Made by a program: the position numbers and the translations under genes. A stretch of 42,224 nt of DNA from an uncultured bacterium (GTDB lineage Bacteria; CAYUVA01). The notes beneath the pieces are model-generated. The model was not told the DNA's origin, did not search any database, and saw only the letters and a list, made by a program, of their open reading frames with translations. Positions 35,500-42,224 of the stretch are shown one piece after another. The stretch covers positions 1-42,224 of the forward strand of contig CAYUVA010000042.1 of the NCBI GenBank assembly GCA_964448115.1. Reading direction: 5' to 3'. The stretch's first letter is position 1, and each line of letters starts with the position of its first letter.

Positions 35500-37842
35500 A
35501 TGAAAAAGAAGTATCAGGTATTAACCCTTATTATCCTCCTAATAGGCGCCACCGCGGCCGGGGCAATACAAAAGGATCTACCGCCACCGCAAGATCTGAA
35601 CCTCAAGAAATCATTCACGGTTCCGGGGACATCGCCCAACGATATCGCCTATGACGATGAGCGCTCTAGTATATGGATAAGTGATGTTGGGGAGAATAAG
35701 ATCTACGAGGTTGATACCAATGGAACCCTGTTAGGGAGCTTCAATTATGGCGGCACCGGTCATCCAAATGGTGTTACAGCTGTCAGTGAAAGGTTATTCA
35801 TTGGCTCTTCCACGGGTGTAATCCATCAGTACACCAAGGCAGGGGTTCATGTTAAACAGTTCGATGTTCCAGAGAATCCGGTGATTATAGCCCTAATGGC
35901 AATGCGTGGTACCGGGCTTAATGCTATAGTAGCTTTGTTAAATGATGATACTATCAAGATGGTTGACTTTAACGGAACGCTTCTCTTGGAGCAAGATATT
36001 TCCTATAACGCTACTGGTCATGTTGGCGCATGCATGCAACTAGACGAGCAGGGAACCTTTTTCTGGGCAGCTATTAGGGCGAATCCAGATCTAGTTTACA
36101 AGATGGATGAATTTACTCAGGAGCCATTGATTGCATATTACACACCAAACAACAGCTCAAATACGGTTGGTGGCATCGATTACATGTCAAGCCACCTTTG
36201 GAGCCTGGATACAGTGGAGAAAAAGATCTACAAGTCATCCACCCTCGATCCAGGAGCGCCTAATCCGCCCCAGAACTTCATCTGCTTTTTGGAGGGAATA
36301 CCTAATACCATATGGTTTATATGGGATGATCCAGAGGCTGATCCTCCCTATGATAGACTTCGTCTTTATCGAGATGGAGAGCTATTAGTCAGCATTGATC
36401 CTGGCGTTGAGGAGTATATAGATGAAACGGTGGAGGACTTTGTCAAGTACACCTACTATATGACTAGCTATAACAGCGTGAACGGCAAGGAGAGCGATCC
36501 CAGCCAGATTGTATATAACTGGGGTGGCTTCAAACCGCAGGTCTTAATTGCTGATATAGATGATGACAGCAAGGGTAATGAGCAATACTACCAAGAAATA
36601 CTCGATGATCTGGGATTGATATACTATACCTCCCCGTCGAATACTACTCCCCAACTGGTCGGACAATATGCTGCCTTTGACTTCAAGCATTCGATAATAG
36701 CTCTAGGTAATGAGAATCTCAACGGAATAACCGAGAACTTCCTGATGATGGCTTATGATATGGAAAATGTTGTAACCCTTATCGGGGATGGGTTCCTCAA
36801 CAATCTAACTTTCGAGCCTGGCACGGTAGCTGGCACCTATTTCAAGATCAATGGCGTTGGTGCAGCAACCGGCGAAGAAACGGTAAGCGGAGAATTAGGT
36901 ACTGTCGGCGAGGTCGACGGTTCACCCCTACAGCTAAACCTTTCCGGCGGAACCGGGGCGGATAATCAGCAGTACGGCTATCCGATTTCTGGTTTAGATC
37001 CTCCAGCGCAAGCCTGTTACAAGTATCCAGGTAATAAGATCGCCGGAGTGCAGATTGTAGGTGATTACTGGCGAGGAGTCCTGTTATCCTTTGCGCTGGA
37101 GGCAGCTAACAACTATGGTGATAGAAAACAAGCGTTACAAAACATTCTCGGATTCATGGACGGAGAAGCACCGGTTGTCGAGCTTGAATATCCACCTGAT
37201 GGGATCGAGATAGTCGATCAAGAGACCCTCATGTTCAAGGCAAATGCGAACGATGAGGGATTAGGACTGAGCAAATTAGAGTTCTCCACTGATGGCGGCG
37301 GCACCTGGGTGGAGGCTGATCAGCTAACCGGCACCTACCCGTTCGATCTCCATGTCGATTTCAATTACACCTGGAGCGTCCCGGAAGTACAGGCTGATTA
37401 CACAATACTAGCCAGAGCGATCGATCGCGGAGGCTTGACTGGCGAGTCTGACTCCATAACCGTACATGTCAGGAGATCTTCTTTTACACCTACTCCAACC
37501 AATACGCCAACTAAGACCCCTACCCCAACCCCGATCCCACCAAAGCCGGTTATTGCGCTTGCTGGATACATGGATACTCGCATTACCGAAGCAGGTGGCG
37601 GAGAGATGCTGCAATTATTAGCTTACTGCAGCACACCCGCAACCGTGGATAACATAGAGATATATTTCATGGGAAGCCCGACCGGCATCGAGCTAGATCT
37701 GGTTGATCCAGTAGGGGTTTATCTACTGGCTATAGCTCCGATTGCTCCAGGAATACCAGCTGGATACTATCCATTGGACTTAAAGGTTACATCTACTGCA
37801 GGGCGCATAGGATGGTGGCCTGCACTAAGTGTCGAGGAATAG
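35500..37842 (+). CDS. Secreted multidomain protein: beta-propeller-like repeats, FnIII, alpha/beta domain, Ig-like domain, Pro/Thr linker, C-terminal AGY...WP module
   Basis: RBS GAGG; signal peptide ending AGA; PNDIAYD...IWISD...KIYEV repeats; LYRDG...YIDE...YTYY; TPTPTNTPTKTPTPTP; KPVIALAGYMDT...WWPALSVEE. Confidence 0.85.
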   Translation: MKKKYQVLTLIILLIGATAAGAIQKDLPPPQDLNLKKSFTVPGTSPNDIAYDDERSSIWISDVGENKIYEVDTNGTLLGSFNYGGTGHPNGVTAVSERLFIGSSTGVIHQYTKAGVHVKQFDVPENPVIIALMAMRGTGLNAIVALLNDDTIKMVDFNGTLLLEQDISYNATGHVGACMQLDEQGTFFWAAIRANPDLVYKMDEFTQEPLIAYYTPNNSSNTVGGIDYMSSHLWSLDTVEKKIYKSSTLDPGAPNPPQNFICFLEGIPNTIWFIWDDPEADPPYDRLRLYRDGELLVSIDPGVEEYIDETVEDFVKYTYYMTSYNSVNGKESDPSQIVYNWGGFKPQVLIADIDDDSKGNEQYYQEILDDLGLIYYTSPSNTTPQLVGQYAAFDFKHSIIALGNENLNGITENFLMMAYDMENVVTLIGDGFLNNLTFEPGTVAGTYFKINGVGAATGEETVSGELGTVGEVDGSPLQLNLSGGTGADNQQYGYPISGLDPPAQACYKYPGNKIAGVQIVGDYWRGVLLSFALEAANNYGDRKQALQNILGFMDGEAPVVELEYPPDGIEIVDQETLMFKANANDEGLGLSKLEFSTDGGGTWVEADQLTGTYPFDLHVDFNYTWSVPEVQADYTILARAIDRGGLTGESDSITVHVRRSSFTPTPTNTPTKTPTPTPIPPKPVIALAGYMDTRITEAGGGEMLQLLAYCSTPATVDNIEIYFMGSPTGIELDLVDPVGVYLLAIAPIAPGIPAGYYPLDLKVTSTAGRIGWWPALSVEE

Positions 37843-37874
37843 ATTAGCTTTAATCATAAATTAAGGAGACATAG

Positions 37875-38438
37875 ATGAGAACGAATATATCACTTATTTT
37901 TATCATTATCGGCTTGCATGCACTAGGACTCTATGCCCAGGAGACCCCCTCCACACTGGGAGAGTACTTCAAGCAGATGTTCCCTAAAGCCAAACCTGGC
38001 ACATCGGTAACCCTGAAGACAACCGATGGTAATATTACTCGTCAGTTCAAGTTCCTTGGCATCGAGAACGGTGATGTATGGCTAGAGGATACCATTAAAG
38101 TAAAATTGGAAGACCTCACAATATATCAAAAGATGTTGGTCTCGCCTGATCTGTCAAAGGTAAAACTCATCTCCAGGAAAGAGAATGGCAAGACGGTGGT
38201 GCCACCAGATGACCTCGATGCCATTGGATTAGGAAACGCTTCATCGATGAAATTCTCCAAAAGGACGAAAATCAAAGTTGGAGACAAAGAAATGGAGGCG
38301 CTGGAGTTCGTTGCTGATGGTTCTGGAATCGGAAGAAAAGCGATACTGATTCCTGAATTACCGTTTAGTATTTATTCTATAGAGGCACTAACACCAGAAA
38401 ACAAGATATTGGTATTTAAAAGAATTATCGAAAAATAA
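37875..38438 (+). CDS. Secreted hypothetical protein
   Basis: RBS AAGGAG; signal peptide ending LYA|Q; no recognisable family motif. Confidence 0.75.
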   Translation: MRTNISLIFIIIGLHALGLYAQETPSTLGEYFKQMFPKAKPGTSVTLKTTDGNITRQFKFLGIENGDVWLEDTIKVKLEDLTIYQKMLVSPDLSKVKLISRKENGKTVVPPDDLDAIGLGNASSMKFSKRTKIKVGDKEMEALEFVADGSGIGRKAILIPELPFSIYSIEALTPENKILVFKRIIEK

Positions 38439-38474
38439 ACAACGAAAAACAGCAAAATTTATTAAAATACAAAA

Positions 38475-39500
38475 GTGAATAAGATTTCATTTTCTATCGT
38501 AGTACCTTTTTATAATCCCGGCCCTCTTTTTAGCATTGTATTAGATTCTCTAGCCCAATCGATTACAGATAGATACGAGGTAATTCTAATTAACGATAAT
38601 TCAGACGATGGATCAGAAAACCTGGCTAATAAGTATGGTTTCCAGGTTTTCTCTAATTCTAAAAGGAGTGGCGCAGCTCAGGCAAGAAACCATGGAGCAA
38701 AGCTCGCCTCTGGTGATTATATTATTTTCATGGATTCTGATGTAGTAATTACAAAAAATATTTTACAACGAGTAGAGAAAAGAATAATCGAAAACAGAGA
38801 AATCGATATCCTACAGGGATTTTATGGCCCATACACCAGAAGAAAGAATTATATATCTTTATATAAACATTTATGGATAAATTATACTTATAAAATCCTT
38901 CCAGAAACAATATATTGGGTTTTTGGATGTTTCTTTGTAATAAAAAGAAGAGTATTTATTCAATCTGGGGGTTTCGATCCTCAGATGGATAGTTATTGCG
39001 CGACTGATGACATTGAGTTTGGGAAAAGATTAAACAAGCTTGGTTACAAAATAGTACTGGATAAGGAGCTTCAAGTTGAACATCTAAGATACTATAATTT
39101 ATTATCTTTGCTTTCTAATGATTTTAAAAGGGGAAGAGCGTGGAGCGAGATGTTTCTAAGTGGAAATAACTCGATATTATGGCTTTTAAAACGGGGTTTT
39201 CTTAATATTTCACCTAGTTTCTTAATAAGCATTCCTTTAAGTTGGCTTATTATTGTATCATCTCTAGTATCACCATTTTTCAAGTTATTTATAATGACAG
39301 TTTTGTTATTTATAATATATTGTGGCATCCAGGCTAAATTTATAATTTATTTAATAACTAAAATGAATATATTATTTGGTATTATAGGCTTGTTTGTCGG
39401 TTTTGTGGATCATTTTGTGTGTGGTATGGCAGTCATTGTTGCAATGACAAGAAAGTTGTACTATAAAGTTACCGATGATTCACCTGAGGAAAAGGACTAG
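38475..39500 (+). CDS. Glycosyltransferase family 2 with C-terminal TM helices
   Basis: SIVVPFYN, INDNSDD, GAAQARN.G, FMDSD, GGFD...DDIEFG.RL. Confidence 0.92.
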   Translation: MNKISFSIVVPFYNPGPLFSIVLDSLAQSITDRYEVILINDNSDDGSENLANKYGFQVFSNSKRSGAAQARNHGAKLASGDYIIFMDSDVVITKNILQRVEKRIIENREIDILQGFYGPYTRRKNYISLYKHLWINYTYKILPETIYWVFGCFFVIKRRVFIQSGGFDPQMDSYCATDDIEFGKRLNKLGYKIVLDKELQVEHLRYYNLLSLLSNDFKRGRAWSEMFLSGNNSILWLLKRGFLNISPSFLISIPLSWLIIVSSLVSPFFKLFIMTVLLFIIYCGIQAKFIIYLITKMNILFGIIGLFVGFVDHFVCGMAVIVAMTRKLYYKVTDDSPEEKD

Positions 39501-40599
39501 AATCTTATCATCCATTTTGTTTACCAGACCAGTATTTTGCCTTTTCAGACCTAGCATCAAATGCAATTATGATTGTGTGATGTGCAATGTACCTGATTAT
39601 AATAAGAAATTACAACCGACCTCCTTAAATGATCTTCGGGATATGATACCGAGATTGTATAAGCTTGGAGTAGGTATTGTTAATATCGGAGGTGGGGAGC
39701 CAATGTTACTTGATAACTTACCTGATATAATAGCGCTTCTGAACACCCGATTCTCTGTAAGGTTACAAACCAATGGCTCCCATCCAGATCCCAAGTTTAT
39801 CAAAGAGCTTGTATTGTCAGGTCTTGATGGTGTCTCTGTAACCTTTAACTCGCTAAATGAAGAGCTGCAAAGAAAGATTACAGGAAACGAGAATGCCTGG
39901 ATTTCATCACTAGAATCCCTATATTGGTTCTCAAAACTGATGCCACGAAGAGGAAAATTGATGATAATGAATGCAATTGTTACAAGAAATAATGTTTTAG
40001 AGCTTCCCGGCTTGATTCAATTAGCAGCACATCTTGGTTTTAAGGCTGCTTTTATACCCCTCCTAAGTTCAAACAATAGCCAAGACAATCATCCCTTCCA
40101 TAAAAAGGTAGATAATTTACTTCCGGATAAAAACCAAATTAACGAATTATTTCAGATATATAATGAAATAAAAAATAGTAAATATAGGAAACATCTAGCC
40201 ACAAGCAAATTGTTTTTAAAAGAAAGCATTGAATTCCATAAAACCCGAAAAAATGCTTGGAAGTGTTATGCTGGAGACCTATTTTTTGTGATAAATCCCG
40301 AAGGGGAACTATCTATATGCACAGAGTATCCCCCCATCGGCAATCTATTTAATGATGATTTCTATAATAATTTCTGTGATTTTCGTAGAAAGTTCGATCT
40401 AACAAGGTTGATAGGCTCATGCAGCGGTTGCATGCACCCCTGTTTTTATGAGATATCCATGATGAAAAAGCCAAGTGTTTTAATGAAACGCATGGTGGAG
40501 GAATTTCATTCGATGATACACCCTAGGCCTACCCCTAAATCGTTTGAAGAGGTTTATATGTTTGCTGAAAGACTCAAACGAAGATACTCGGGATCATGA
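39475..40599 (+). CDS. Radical SAM protein with SPASM/Twitch-type C-terminal domain
   Basis: CNYDCVMC, GGGEPM, QTNG; CYAG...INPEG..SIC...CSGCMHPC. Confidence 0.92.
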   Translation: MIHLRKRTRILSSILFTRPVFCLFRPSIKCNYDCVMCNVPDYNKKLQPTSLNDLRDMIPRLYKLGVGIVNIGGGEPMLLDNLPDIIALLNTRFSVRLQTNGSHPDPKFIKELVLSGLDGVSVTFNSLNEELQRKITGNENAWISSLESLYWFSKLMPRRGKLMIMNAIVTRNNVLELPGLIQLAAHLGFKAAFIPLLSSNNSQDNHPFHKKVDNLLPDKNQINELFQIYNEIKNSKYRKHLATSKLFLKESIEFHKTRKNAWKCYAGDLFFVINPEGELSICTEYPPIGNLFNDDFYNNFCDFRRKFDLTRLIGSCSGCMHPCFYEISMMKKPSVLMKRMVEEFHSMIHPRPTPKSFEEVYMFAERLKRRYSGS

Positions 40600-41699
40600 T
40601 AAAATCTTTAGATTACATGCGCAGTTTCACTAGAATTTTTATTAAGAAAGGCTTACCTTTATATTTAATTTTTTTTATAACTAGAAGGTGCGTCTGTCGA
40701 TGCAAACACTGTTTTGTGAAGTGGGAAGGAGAGTCCACAGATGAACTTGATATCAATGAGATACGGATGATAACTAAGAGATTTGGGAGACTCCTCTTTC
40801 TTTTCCTGACCGGCGGTGAACCGTTTCTAAGAGATGATCTTCCCCTGATCGCACAATCCTTTTCAAGCAACTGCCAGGTTAGGAAAATGCAAATTCCCTC
40901 CAATGGTGCATTGGGGGATAGGGTTGTTGAAATGGCTAAAGAGATTGCTGTATCATGCCCTGAAACCCATATCGGAGTAACTATTTCGCTGGATGCCTTG
41001 GGTAAAATGCATGATGAAATCAGAGGTTTTCCTGGCCTTTTCGATAAAGCTGTCAATACATTAACTGGTCTTATGGAGCTGGAAAGGAGATATCCCAATT
41101 TCAATACCAATGTCAATATAACTATTTCAGCATTAAATCAGGATCACCTGGATGAGCTTTATAACTATCTTTCCAATGAATTAAAGGTGAAAAACATTAT
41201 CTATACAATAACGCGCGGGAGACCTAGAAATATGTCAGCTTTGGATATCGATATCAATAAAGCATTAAAATTTAACATGCTCGTGGAAAAAGATATTATT
41301 GAAAATAACAAAGGCTATCACCGATTTCCCTTTAGTGATCTTATTAATGCGAAAAACATTTATTCAAGATATATTGTGTTCAAGATTTTAAGGGAAAATC
41401 GTTATCAAATACCTTGCTATGCAGGTAATCTTGCTGGAGTTTTAGATGATGAGGGGAATATCCGTCCATGTGAATTGAGGAATGAGATTATTGGAAATAT
41501 TAGGGAAGCTGACTATGATTTTTCCAAGATATGGTTCAGCCCGTATGCTGATACGATAAGGAATGAAATCAGAAATAAGCATTGCTTTTGTACACATGAA
41601 TGCTTTCTTAGCACAAATCTGATATATAACCCGAATAATCTATTATCTATTTTTCCTGTTTGGTTTAGAATGATGGTAGAAAAAGTTTTCAAAAAATGA
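40596..41699 (+). CDS. Radical SAM protein with SPASM/Twitch-type C-terminal domain
   Basis: CVCRCKHC, TGGEPFLR, PSNG, ISLD..G..HD.IRG; CYAG...G.IRPCE...CFCTHEC. ATGA overlap with the previous gene. Confidence 0.93.
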   Translation: MIKSLDYMRSFTRIFIKKGLPLYLIFFITRRCVCRCKHCFVKWEGESTDELDINEIRMITKRFGRLLFLFLTGGEPFLRDDLPLIAQSFSSNCQVRKMQIPSNGALGDRVVEMAKEIAVSCPETHIGVTISLDALGKMHDEIRGFPGLFDKAVNTLTGLMELERRYPNFNTNVNITISALNQDHLDELYNYLSNELKVKNIIYTITRGRPRNMSALDIDINKALKFNMLVEKDIIENNKGYHRFPFSDLINAKNIYSRYIVFKILRENRYQIPCYAGNLAGVLDDEGNIRPCELRNEIIGNIREADYDFSKIWFSPYADTIRNEIRNKHCFCTHECFLSTNLIYNPNNLLSIFPVWFRMMVEKVFKK

Positions 41700-42224
41700 A
41701 GCTTTTTAGCAATAAATTGTCTTTTTCTTTTGAAGTGATAACCTTTTTTCTTTGTATTATTATCTATTTTATACAAGTGGTTACGTATAATGATAAAATT
41801 GAACTTAAAGCAGAGGAAGTTATTTGGTCAGGCAAAGTAATGTATCCTAAAATATTAAGAAATATAAATATTAGGGATAATTCAATAGAGCGGTATTATT
41901 CTTATCATTATACTCAGGAAGATGCAATTAATAAAGTATTTAAGTTCGGACCATTTATATCATTTATAAATGAGTATGATCCTGTTTGGGAATTATGTAT
42001 AGGTGATTTGCATATCCCTTTAATGATGAAGGACTATATGGGAGGATTATTTTTTTTATATAACTATTTTTTTAGCAATTTCTTAGGATCATCTATTTGG
42101 TCAGTAAGGATACCAAATATTATACTAGGTTTATTAAATATAATGATCATGTATTATTGGATTCGCCGTTTTTTGGGACCTAAATACTCGTTATTGTTTT
42201 TATTTTTTTATGTTATTGATATTA
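41696..42224 (+). CDS. 3'-truncated integral membrane protein, probable GT-C fold (ArnT/PMT-like) glycosyltransferase
   Basis: ATGA overlap with the previous gene; open to the window end: MKLFSNK...TM...IPLMMKDYMGGLF...FLGSSIWSVRIPNIILGLL...IRRFLG. Not in the supplied ORF track. Confidence 0.65.
   Translation, partial: MKLFSNKLSFSFEVITFFLCIIIYFIQVVTYNDKIELKAEEVIWSGKVMYPKILRNINIRDNSIERYYSYHYTQEDAINKVFKFGPFISFINEYDPVWELCIGDLHIPLMMKDYMGGLFFLYNYFFSNFLGSSIWSVRIPNIILGLLNIMIMYYWIRRFLGPKYSLLFLFFYVIDI

Noticed and set aside
3846-41699. Other TGA stops as possible Sec codons
   Set aside because: For the recognised families the proteins look complete at those stops, or the TGA is part of an ATGA gene overlap; I saw no similar Cys-plus-hairpin arrangement.
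1180-41776. Numerous antisense and alternate-frame ORFs in the supplied track (e.g. 1180..1842, 2147..2806, 3347..4051, 6873..7457, 40613..41116)
   Set aside because: They lie within well-supported genes and show no protein motifs.

Overview
Bacterial chromosomal window, probably from a diderm (it encodes a predicted outer-membrane beta-barrel). No CRISPR array, rRNA, transposase or phage genes are visible. Housekeeping blocks: infB-DUF503-rbfA-nrnA-truB-rpsO-pnp-(broken M16 peptidase)-dut-purB-purF-greA-like-(DnaD-like + DnaC-like ATPase), then yicC-coaBC-OMP-polA, and holA-holB on the minus strand. Between these lie tRNA-Val(TAC), tRNA-Asp(GTC), a 3' fragment of tRNA-Thr(CGT), several signalling proteins with degenerate catalytic motifs, and three secreted proteins with Pro/Thr linkers. 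The window ends in an AT-rich GT2 / radical SAM x2 / GT-C cluster. Main observations: (1) an uncalled small membrane ORF at 21416-21607 with an in-frame TGA, a Cys five codons later and a SECIS-positioned hairpin, i.e. a candidate selenoprotein; (2) a shared C-terminal 'PxIxxAGY...WPxL/IxV/I' module on unrelated secreted proteins, a candidate sorting or docking domain; (3) a chromosomal DnaD-like/DnaC-like pair; (4) an M16 peptidase pseudogene; (5) the radical SAM/glycosyltransferase island. All calls come from motif reading by eye; no database searches were run.
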